Notes under the pieces: model-generated
Told to the model about the DNA's origin: nothing
Seen by the model: only the letters and a program-made list of their open reading frames with translations
Database searches by the model: none
Assembly: GCA_038496445.1 (NCBI GenBank)
Contig: JALMLS010000376.1
Span: forward strand, 682,001 to 746,000
Direction of reading: 5' to 3'
DNA length: 64,000 nt
Source: Trichosphaerium sp. ATCC 40318
Taxonomy: Eukaryota; Protista; Tubulinea
Translations under genes and position numbers: made by a program
Shown here: positions 12,390-22,900 of the stretch, piece by piece
Numbering within the stretch: the stretch's first letter is position 1
How the letters are laid out: the number at the start of each line of letters is the position of its first letter

Positions 12390-14619
12390 TTCCTTGCCGT
12401 CCTTATGTACATTAAGGCAAGATGAAAAAGCACTGTGTCAAAGTCACACATCCATGCTGTTCCATTCTGTCCCTATGACTAGTATGTCTAAACAGTGTCA
12501 GCTGTGGGCATATCGTAACATGGACGGTAAAGAGGTTGTTCCGCCAGTGTTGGCTAACTATGTTGCTTTGGTAGCCACCACATATAAGTTTGCGCTCAAC
12601 GCTAAGGTAGGATCGTTAGCCAAAGTGACTACGATGCAAAGGTTGGCTGATAATGTGTATTTGCCAGAAATTGGCAGAACTGGCTTGAAAGAAGTTGCTG
12701 TTAAGCAACGTAAAGTCTATCCTAAAGTGAACATCACAGATGATAGAATTACCATGTATAAAAAGGTCTTACTACGTATGAATATGAGCTGTATAGCCAA
12801 TACAGTTAGTACTGGATTAGCTGCCAGCTTAACTCCACAACAATGGGAAGTTATGGAAATGTTGGGAGTTGAAAACTCTATGCAACGAGTATCTGTTATT
12901 CGTAATGGTAGGTTGGTTGACAGAGATACTATGTGTAGTAGGTTTGGTAAGGACATAAGTGTAGATACATATAATGCTATCGCAGAAGTAGTTACAGAGG
13001 GTAACAACAAAGCTATACGCAAAGAGCTCACCAGAGTGGCCATTAAGCGTAATAGTGCATGCTATAATAGTGTTTATAATACGGATGAATGGACATGGTT
13101 TGAGGACGCAGTATGTGTGTGGACAGATGGGTCACGTATTCGTATAGCGGCTAGCAATAATGCTGGTGTCGGAGTCTTTTTCGGTGAAAACAATAGGTGT
13201 AATGTCGCATGCAGAGCGGTCACTAAACAAGACATTGACGCAGCTGAATTGGAAGCAGCTATCATAGCTATCAAAGTTGTGCCAGCGTATCACAAGGTTA
13301 GAATAATCACTGACTCCACATATGTAATCAAAGTTGCTACTGCAGATAAAGTGTGTCCGTTCTCACCTAACGCAACTATTGTACAGGAACTTCGTGAAGC
13401 GATTAGTAATAGGCGTACTGAAGGAGGTATTGTGTCATGGCACAAAGTGCCTAGTCATTATGAAAACAAGGTTAGAGCCTACAAAAGACGACCTAAAAAA
13501 ATGAAGGCTTTGCGTAAAGAAATGACAGAGCTGAAAAAGGTATTTGGTGAGGAATTGGACTGGGTTTTAGAAGGTAATGAACAAGCAGACAAGTTGGCTA
13601 ATAGGGGGAGAAGTGAGTCCGTTGTTAAAGGGGTGCCTATCACAGGACCACTAGATTTTTCTATATATGATAGTAATAAGAAACTAGTCGAAGGTAATAT
13701 ACGTAAGTATATAGATATCAAGCACAAAGAGAGTGCCACAGCTGAAATAGTTAAGCGTAGGCCTATCATGTGTGCAGCGGATATGGTATTGTCTTCAATC
13801 AATGGCGGTGTAGCGGATTATTCTATGTCTAAACAAAACATGATTTTGTTTAAAGCTAGAAACAATAAATTGTGCAGTCGTAGTATGATGCATAACCGTA
13901 TTCGTACTGGATGGAAAGGAGTTGATTCTAATAAGTACTCTGATGGTGTATGTGTCTTCTGTCCCTCTGAGGAAACCACTATGCATATTCTAGCGGACTG
14001 TGTTGAACATGAACACATACGTGTGCACAACGCTAAACGTATTAAAAAGGTGATGGATGATAATCTTCCTGGAGTTAAGTACAAGAGGTTTTGGCCGTCC
14101 TCTAATGATCATGCCAGCTTTAAAGCTAGGTATGCACCTTCCGCTGAAGTACGGGAGTTGGGTGCTAAGGCGTACATACCCGCTGGTCTCTCTGATAGCA
14201 TTATTGAGCAAGGTTTTAAAAAGAAAATAGTGACCAAGACACTTAAAGAAGTACAACGCATTTTGGTTAACAATGCGCATGATATATATATATCAAGGTG
14301 TAAAAAGCACGAGGATTGGTGGAAATATAGCGATGGAGAATATGTTGAATGTCCTGAACTAGACAGTATATATAGAAGGTTTGTAGAACCGCCTATTACA
14401 TAATTTATTAATTATACCGTCCTGGGGTGAATCTCGATCCACCCGAAAGGACAACAGTGGGTTTACTCAGACTACCCAACCCCATGTAAGAGGCGTGCAT
14501 TGCACGCCTTGGGAAGGGTACACGGCGGCTAACGCCGCCGTGACTTATGTGCGATCCGATTAAGGACTCTGAGGAACTTTGACTTGTCAAATACCTACTT
14601 CAAAAAAAAAAAAAAAAAA
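12390..14619 (+). mobile_element. 5'-truncated LINE-like retrotransposon with structured 3'UTR and poly(A) tail (5' junction approximate)
   Basis: RNase H/zinc-finger ORF, GC-richer 3'UTR 14404-14601, A18 tract at 14602-14619. No TSD identified. Confidence 0.85.
12394..14403 (+). CDS. C-terminal part of a non-LTR retrotransposon ORF2: RNase H + CCHC zinc knuckle (RT core absent)
   Basis: RNase H catalytic motifs VWTDGS, AELEA, IITDS, WHKVPSH and GNEQADKLA. CVFC...ETTMHILADC zinc finger. Intronless, with no YxDD motif. Confidence 0.85.
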   Translation: MPSLCTLRQDEKALCQSHTSMLFHSVPMTSMSKQCQLWAYRNMDGKEVVPPVLANYVALVATTYKFALNAKVGSLAKVTTMQRLADNVYLPEIGRTGLKEVAVKQRKVYPKVNITDDRITMYKKVLLRMNMSCIANTVSTGLAASLTPQQWEVMEMLGVENSMQRVSVIRNGRLVDRDTMCSRFGKDISVDTYNAIAEVVTEGNNKAIRKELTRVAIKRNSACYNSVYNTDEWTWFEDAVCVWTDGSRIRIAASNNAGVGVFFGENNRCNVACRAVTKQDIDAAELEAAIIAIKVVPAYHKVRIITDSTYVIKVATADKVCPFSPNATIVQELREAISNRRTEGGIVSWHKVPSHYENKVRAYKRRPKKMKALRKEMTELKKVFGEELDWVLEGNEQADKLANRGRSESVVKGVPITGPLDFSIYDSNKKLVEGNIRKYIDIKHKESATAEIVKRRPIMCAADMVLSSINGGVADYSMSKQNMILFKARNNKLCSRSMMHNRIRTGWKGVDSNKYSDGVCVFCPSEETTMHILADCVEHEHIRVHNAKRIKKVMDDNLPGVKYKRFWPSSNDHASFKARYAPSAEVRELGAKAYIPAGLSDSIIEQGFKKKIVTKTLKEVQRILVNNAHDIYISRCKKHEDWWKYSDGEYVECPELDSIYRRFVEPPIT

Positions 14620-15009
14620 GTCACATCATCTAACAAGACGATCGCAGTATTTTACTTAGGTGCGCTCTCATTACTACTCACGCAGGAGCCATAAAAACGA
14701 GTACGAATCAGTAATTATTTACATATCAACTTACAAGCACCACGCGCGAATGCTGGCACATTCAGGCGTAAAGAGGAGTATTTAACGTGAGATAACGTTA
14801 AAACCTCAAAGAAAATTCCAAGCGCTTCCAAAGTATCTTGCGCTGCGTGAACATAGCGAAATAATCCGTTTTAGAGTATAGGAGACAATCGTTGGACCGT
14901 AAAGGTCAGAGATATAAACTAATGTACCAAATAAATAATGGTGGTTAAGAACACGTGGTGTCACAATAATTTGTATGCGTTGTACCTGTCCAAGTGGATT
15001 TAGTTTGTT

Positions 15010-15118
15010 CCAGAACTGACAAGATCCGTCAGATCTTGTAGTTTTTGACAGATCTTGCAAGAACTAACAAGATCTTGTAAGAACTAACAGAAGTTGCAAC
15101 ATCTGTCAGATCTGACTA
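15010..15118. repeat. Right subterminal repeat array of the TIR element
   Basis: AGAACTGACAAGATCC..CAGATCTTGCAAGAACTAACAAGATCTTGTAAGAACTAACAG..TCTGTCAGATCTGAC. Confidence 0.75.
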
Positions 15119-16394
15119 AACACGAAAACCAAAAGTCACAAACAGCAAAAAGTTGCAAAGATTAGCAAACTTGAATGATACGGACAATAAAGTAGCAACA
15201 TTACTTTTTTGGTGACTGAAGGTGTAAAACAAAAGGATGTGAAAGGCAATTGGTTTTAAGCGTCCGAGAAATCCCGAAGAGGGATGTAAGAGTTTGAAAG
15301 AGCCACATGGCACCTCTCAAAGCTTGAATGTCGAAGTAAATTTCGTCGTAGTAGTACAGTTCAAGTTGGAGGTCCTTCTTACAGCGATATTAGTATGTTA
15401 AAGTTTTTGCGTCTAAGCACTATACGAACTGAGCCACTGGTCAGTTTCTTGTATGACTAGTGTTGCCAACCTTGCTGTGGGCACTGGAAGGATGTGAGAG
15501 ATCTCGTGACCCACACCAAACGCCCCTTCATTGTATTGGAGGCGTTCAAGAAGCGCTCACGGATTTTTGTACGGCTCAAAAAGGCGTGTAGTAAGTACGT
15601 GTTGTGACAATTGGGGTCAAATAATGTAGAAGTGTATAACATAAAGATAACACTGACGCTTTTCTCAATAGGGCCTTGAAGTGGGTAAAAAAAAAAGCTC
15701 ATTTATTTCACGAAGCGTCACGTGTTTTTCGGTGTTTGAAAAAAAAACTGAAGGAGTTTTTAGCCAAGGTGAATGGTCTTCGTAATGCCAAGAAAATTAT
15801 CGCACAAGGGTTTGCCAGACGTCAAGTATTGGTTGATCTTTTTACTGTACAAAATTATTACACAATCGCTCTAAACTTAATACAGAACCGTATTATCATT
15901 GTTGTTTTAGTTCGTTCAAGCATGTGTCATAATGTACACAACAATTCAATTCTGGGGAGATAGTAAGGTAGAATATTGATGACGTAAGGGGGTAGTTCAT
16001 CTCGCAAGGGTTATGAAAGAGTCGTTACACGTGCGAGGTAAGGAGAGTGGTTTTATTTTATTACAATTAATTGTAGGTAAGGAACTTCATGATCTCAAAG
16101 ACGGATACGTGAAGAGATTCATATATTAATACGACAATAAAGCGCTTCCGCTTAAAGTAGAAAGTGCATATGTAATTGAGAATACAAAAACTTCGTGGCG
16201 TAGCGTACAACTCCATGGAGGTTAGACTGTGTATTTATTTATTATTATTCAAAACACTGCCAAAACACAACGGACGTTGTTGCCTAAAGGAGAAATAATG
16301 TTAAAACACGAAGGTATATGCAGCCTAGGTACATACAGTCAAATAAGTTGAACACAATTTTTGTTGTTAGAATAGAATCTTTAGTATCCTTTAG

Positions 16395-19300
16395 CAGTTT
16401 AATGCTGGCGTAGGCTTTTTCGGTTTACTATTACTCGTACTATTCGTGTACCAAACTTTTTGTCTTCGGGGTAATCATACCATAGTATTGGGTATGAGCT
16501 ACCCGCATAACTCAACAACCGACTTTTGGGTACAGATCTTTTTACATGTCAACTAAATTTAAAGAGATTTTTGAACTGATTATTTGAGTAGAATAAGCGC
16601 GGAGAGGCTGTTTTAGCTGGAGTCGAGTTTTGGATCAACAGAACAAATATGAGAGGAGGTATAGAAGTCGCTGGAAAGAACTACACCGTACACAGAATAT
16701 CATACATTGTATTTTCTAACATTCGTTTTATAGATTGCTCTTGAGGCTCTACAAGATGATTTTACTTCGGAAATGGTAGTTAACAATTACAAGACATTTC
16801 TTAGAGAATATCCTGAGATTGATTACTTTCTTGGTTAGTGTCTCCTATTGCTTATAGCGTTCTAACTGGCAAAGGTCCTGCTGGCTCTACAAACAGCATT
16901 GCTGTTGCACAAGGCGTCACGGAGAATGCTGGAAAGTTATTGTTAGGCTTGTTAGTATCTTCTGACAGTTTTGCTCAGAGTGGAAGTCATTCTTTTGCAA
17001 CACTTCCACAAACTTCAAGGTATTTTTTTTGTTTTTTTGATGAACCGAACAGCTTACTGTATTTGCAAGACTTTCTCATGTGACGATGCCATTCCTTCGA
17101 TCAAACGGATGCAAGACTGTAACATATATTATTATGGACACTTTAGGAGAGCTCGCTTGCAATGGATTCACCGAACTTGTATACGAATGAGTTTGCTGAG
17201 ACTTTCTTTGATTTTTGTAATAGGGACTAGAAAATGGGTTCTCGGAACCCAATGTTTTTCATGTGGAGAAAGTCGATTCGCCAACATACGTTCAAAATTG
17301 GACAAGAACTCTTGAAGCACGTGTCACATGTTCTATTTTTAGAACCCTCGTATAATAGTTTCTTACAGGAAGTAATTGAGCTGAACAGTGAAGTGTTATT
17401 CGCTTGTGGCGACGCTCCTCAAGCTCCTATAAATTTCATGCTGCCAAAGATGAGACAGGCTGATTGGACGCCAAAGGCGTTCATCTCTATGCCTTTTGGG
17501 TCTTGGACAACATGGGCTGTAGAAGACAGAGACTATATTAGTGGCGTTAAAGGAGTATGTTTGTATTGTGTTTAGCATTCTGATGATTATTTAGACAAGC
17601 ATCAAGTCAAGGCGTAAAGGTCAATACTTCGGTACTCTCCAGGATTATGCAAAATTGTTGGCACTATCACATCCGAGCATAGAAGGCAACGATCGTATGG
17701 TGGCATCTATTGCTTCATTGGCTTGCACTGTTCTTGAAGCGGCGTTAAACGTAAGTCTTCACATTTTTGTGTTTGTTTTGTAAACAATAAAATTAGGAGA
17801 GTGCCAGTGTCAACACAGAAGATGTCATAGCATCCCTTAAAACAATTGACATCAATACTTTTTTGGGCAGAGTACGTCTCGCTAAACTTCTATCAAGTAG
17901 TATACTAATACTGTTTACAAGCTTCGATACTCATCAAACAATGAGCAACTCACTGATGGCCTTTTGGCACAGATTATAAACGGCTCTGACGAAGTTGTGG
18001 GTCCTCTTTTAAGCGCCTCAGCTCAATTCATTGTTCCAATGCCAACGTGGAAAGAAAGGATATTTAAGGAAGCGTGGGGTACTGTCTGTTTTTGATCTGT
18101 AAACACTAACTTTAGAAAAGGTGAAAGCTCGTATGAAATATCTGTGATTGTAGCTGTTATCATTGCTATCGTACTGACCATGTGTTTTGGTGTGTATATC
18201 ATAGCGTACAAGCAAAGTCTTAAATGTACGTTCGCAACAACCAACACTTGTTGACTTTTTGAAAAGAAAGTCATTTGACTTTTTTGGTGTAGATTCTTCG
18301 CCAGTGTTCATGATTGGCATTCTCATTGGAGCAAACTTGATATTTTTCAGTACTCTTTTTGCTTCTCCAAACAACAGTCAGACGTATGCATGTCACTTAC
18401 ACGACTGGTTTCTATTTTTAGGAGTCAATCTTATGTTTGGGCACGTGTTTTCAACAGTTTTTTTATTTTATTGTCGCTGCATTATTAAACTCGTGACACT
18501 TATTTTTAGATGTTTGTTCGCCAAATCATGGCGTGTTTATTTCCTTTTGAAAGCTTCTAAGTCTTTAAAGCCGATCAAAATAACAGACTTACAAGTTGCA
18601 ACTTATGTTGCATTGTTCTGTAGTCTTTGTCTAGTATCCTTTCATTCAAGATTTCCAACCGCTACTGATATGCTCCTTCACATATAATAGGTGTTATGTT
18701 TAGCATTTAGCACACTTCTTAAGCCATCAAAGATCGTGGTTATCGATAAATATCGTGTTTCGTTCAACTACTATGAGTGTACATTCTCAACAGCCACAAC
18801 AGTTATTGAAGCAGTACAATATGTATCTATTGTACGCTTTGACATATACTTATCAATACGCTGATAAACATAGCTTGTGGTGATGGTGATTGGATGCTAC
18901 ACAGCTTTTTTGATTCGCAAAGTACCTCAGAATATTTTCAATGAAAGCAAGGTTTGTTTTGTTCGTCGTTATTTATTTCTTAATGAGTACTTGTTAGATG
19001 ATTGGTTTCTCAATTTACAATATGACATTGTTTATGGCTGTAGCTACTATTTCAAGGTATACAATAGTTTCTCCAGGATCTAGAGAACAAAGATATACCA
19101 TACACTCATTCTGTGTCATTCTAAGTGCAGGTAACTCGATCGGATATGTGACCTGAAATAACGCTATTTTATTGAAAACTTTAAAGGCTACTTTTTAATG
19201 GCCACTCCCAAATTATAGAGAGCACGTGGACTTCCGCTCTTATGTTCACATAAGAGTCTGTAAGGGTACTATAATTGATATCTGCAAGAGTTGCACAAGG

Positions 19301-19626
19301 CTACCTATGTTAACAAACTATCCTTAAAAATCAAGCTTAGTGTTGACCCAAACACAAAATTGCGTTATTTCAGGTCACAAATGGAAAGGTTTTTATATTG
19401 ACCGCGGATAGGGTTGAGTATTGTTACTATGTTTGCACTATCAAACAAAAAAGAAAAAACCTTAAACAACATGATGCCATCTACTTTATCTGTGGACAGC
19501 CAGCTAGATAGTGCACCTGGAGAAAAACGACTTGCGGAATTAGAAGCGCAAATGGATCAGCTAAAAACTCTCCTTGAAAAAGCGAAGAAAACCCTTGCTA
19601 AAAAGCTAGTCCCAGATAAGATTTAA
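16395..19626 (+). CDS. Family-3 (GABA-B/Grl-like) GPCR with periplasmic-binding-type ectodomain (start codon not resolved)
   Basis: Hydrophobic leader FFGLLLLVLFVYQTFC. Ectodomain WINRTNMRGGIEVAG, LLGPAGS, WTPKA. 7TM motifs SSPVFM..ILIGA, WFLFLGVNLMFGCLFAKSWRVY, RKVPQNIFNESK.IGFSIYN. C-terminal coiled coil. Confidence 0.85.
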
Positions 19627-19992
19627 TGAGTGATTAAATGTCTTCTTTGTAGTTTCCAAGTTTTGTTTTTTCACCTCGAACTCAAAAACCGAAACTTGGC
19701 GACATGTTTGGTGCCAAAAACTCACGTTTGTTGGTGACCTTTTTGTACAACATTTTAGCAGAAAACAGCTCATTTTTTAGAGTCTTCAATTGGCTGTACT
19801 CAATTTTCATGTGAAAAGTGCAACTCCCTAGTATTTTTCGTAGCTGCAAGCTAGGCTTTCTTATACGTAAGAAACAACCAGTGTCAATAGAACTTTTTTA
19901 TTTACAATAAATTTCAAAAAGAAAGATGTGCATATTTCACTCTAAAACAATAGTTTTGGGATGTGTTTTTTTTTGTCTTTATAATTCTATTA

Positions 19993-22900
19993 TTACAATA
20001 GTCCATTGATATATTGTGATGTTTCTTTCTGTAAAAGCTCAAAAGCTTCTTCCATACTTGTTTGGAATGCACGTTGATCATCACCAATAAGATTATTATT
20101 AAGCTTAAGTGCAAAATGACACAAACGGACAAATTGCGACATTGCTTCTGATAGGGCTGCGATTTTTTCTTCTGGGTGCTTATCAGGGTTACCCAAGAAT
20201 GCTCTCGTAATTGCCAAAGGTCCAGAGTTTACCTCTAAAAAATAAAGTGAATAAAAGGATCAAAAGAAACAACAAAAAGAAAAATCCTGTTAAATGTGAA
20301 CTTACGCAATAGTACTGATCCTTGTAATACACGTTGTAGTGTCTTTGGTTGAGGTGGATCGAGACTTAGCTCGTATTTAATCATAGTAACACGTGTCTGT
20401 ATGAGGTCAACAGCACAGTCCAAAGGACCCATCTTAATGATTTCCTAAAACATAATGTAAATAATCACACTAGCAATTACGCTCATACCTTGTTGACGAC
20501 CTCAAAACGGCGGAACATGTAAGGGAATGCGTGCTTAGTAGTCAACACAGTCTTAATCTGAAACTGTTGCTCTACATCCTCTGAAATCTTACCACCAGTA
20601 GGACTGTAAGGTCTCTTAAAGCTGAACTTACCTAAAGAGAAAAAAAAAGTTAATACAAATAAGACAGAAAGCAGTCTAGGCCGCGAACACGTACGAAGGT
20701 TATGAGACCGTGCAAAATAGTCCAACACTTCATTATACTCTCCATCATACATAGGAGCAACAGCGACGATTTGGACATAATTCTTTTCAGGATCCAAATC
20801 AAGCTCTGAAACAGGTGCATTCTTATTGACAATTTCGACATTACCAATTAATTCGTTCTGTGTATCTTTAATACGATTCATAAAGTCACCAATACGATGC
20901 TCTGATTTCTCCTTATAAATGAACTCTTTACCGTTCATATCTCTGAATCCAGAACCATAGAATCCCACACGGTACGTAGGATATACTAAACGACTCTGAC
21001 CTTTGTTCTAAAAAAAGAAAACAATCAACAAATTGAACCTTGTACTCTTCCAAGAAAATTACAAAATACGTACAGCCTTGACAACTTCTGAGGCTGTGGC
21101 ACTTAAGGTAGAACCAACTTGAGCTATTTTGTCCCATCTATTCATATGACGGTAAACACGAAGTAAAATACGATGAACTTCAAAAGCTAGTTCATGAGCT
21201 AATCCTTTAGCTAAGAAATCTTGAGCCTTGTCAAGGAGTTCAAGACAATTCTCCTCACTAAAAGCGCTAGATATAGCACTACTATCTATAGTAGAAACAT
21301 GAGAATCACAATATTATAACAAGAGTTTTAACACGTACCAGCGAGAAGTGCTAGATTGAGAGGTGTAACATCCTTTACGTTTGGCATGATTGTCTTAAAG
21401 TCACCTCTACGAGTGAATGGTCTCTTACCACTTGCTCTATTCTTCTTTTCCAGGTACTCAGATACAAGAGCAACAGTAGTAAGATGGCATTGGGCTGCTT
21501 CTTCCCAATTACCAAGCTAGAAAAGAGTAAGAAAGATGGTTGAAACCACAAGACTTCCAAAAACTATTTCAACGCACCTTTTCGTGGTAGTCTCCCATGA
21601 AACCAAGCCATTGTAAACGTAGCCTTGGACTGTAAGAGAACTCTTCAGAGATCTTATAGTATAGTTCTTGAACAAGCTCAAAGTCTTTTGTATGAACTTG
21701 CATCTTACGACAAGCTCCAAGAATACGGTAATGTCTACCAATTAATTCTCGGATTTGGGTCTTCCAACTACCAGACTAAAGGATTTTCTTAGTTTTCTGT
21801 CCCTTTAAAATCAAGATATAACAAACATACTTTAAGGGATTTATCGTGTTCACCATAATACGCCAGTGCTTCAAGACCTTCTTGAAGTTCATCAAAGTTC
21901 TACATAGTCAAAATCAGTGGATCAGAGGTTTCAAAAAGTTTTCGAGTGAAATCTTTGGAAAAGATGACGTACAACGTGACCGCCACCCTGCTGGTACTTT
22001 ACGAGTCGTGAAAGTGCTAATGTTGATTGTAATTTAGTGCAAGAAAAGTGCTTCATCTCTTCAAAATTAGCCTAAGAAAACAAGTTAATACAATCAAAAA
22101 AATCCAAGGAATCAGGTATCAAAAAGCGTGCCTTTAAGAATTTGTATATCAAAGACATAGCACCACGTCTCACAACCTTTGGTTGAGAATGAGACTTTCG
22201 CACGAGTTCATACATCAAGTTTCCAATATCCTTTCGGTGAGCAGCAACACGGAACATTTGACTTTAATAAAAGTTACAAACATACTTCAAATGCAACACA
22301 AATTACAAGAACGTACCGTTTAAAGCGATGGATAAAATCGCGCAAAGTTCTTAGGATATCTAGAAGAACCTTCTCTCTGCTATTTACTTCAAGCAATAGA
22401 CTAAAAGTATTCAAGATATCAGCAAAAACACCAAAGTCTTCTTGTAAGTATTCATGGAAATCATCCATAAATTCTTCAATGATAGTTAAAACGATTATGC
22501 TAGATTGAAGTAACATCTCTGGTTCAGTCTAGAAATAACTCAATTAGAGGAGTACAACACGCTTCATATATGAGAACATTATACATACTTTGCGAGGGAA
22601 GGTATTGATGCAAAGACCAAGGAGTTTAAAGAAAGACTTCAAAGTCTTCACATTAGCCATCTTCCACCAATGACGTAGATGATCATTTCTGTTTAGATTA
22701 TCAAGAAGGAACATGATAAGGAATAACCACTCCTTCATTTCAAGTCCATTAGGACTATCAGCCTTACTATTCTTTTCTATCGTATCAACATGTTCAACAG
22801 CCTAAAAAGAGAGGGGTAAGTCTTGAATAAACCGGAAATAAAGGAGAATAACTTACGATTGTAATGAATGGGAAATACATTCCAAGAATCCTTGCACGAA

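Larger units (their letters stand above)
12158..15190. mobile_element. TIR-bounded non-autonomous DNA element (MITE/foldback-like) with subterminal palindromic repeats, containing a LINE fragment
   Basis: Perfect 26-bp inverted repeat TTATTGTCCGTATCATTCAAGTTTGC at 12158-12183 and its reverse complement at 15165-15190. Subterminal AGATCTTGCAAGAACT-type repeats at both ends. No transposase ORF seen. Confidence 0.75.

Noticed and set aside
12717-14280. Minus-strand ORFs overlapping the LINE ORF
   Set aside because: Antisense shadows of the + strand coding frame with no recognisable motifs.
14444-14576. Hammerhead ribozyme in the LINE 3'UTR (GAAA at 14445, CTGAGGA at 14569)
   Set aside because: Stems I-III cannot be formed around the core motifs; the stem II closing pair is absent.
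16299-16420. Pseudogenisation of the GPCR at its 5' end
   Set aside because: I could not join an ATG to the leader exon by eye, but the rest of the gene is intact; an unrecognised first exon is equally likely.
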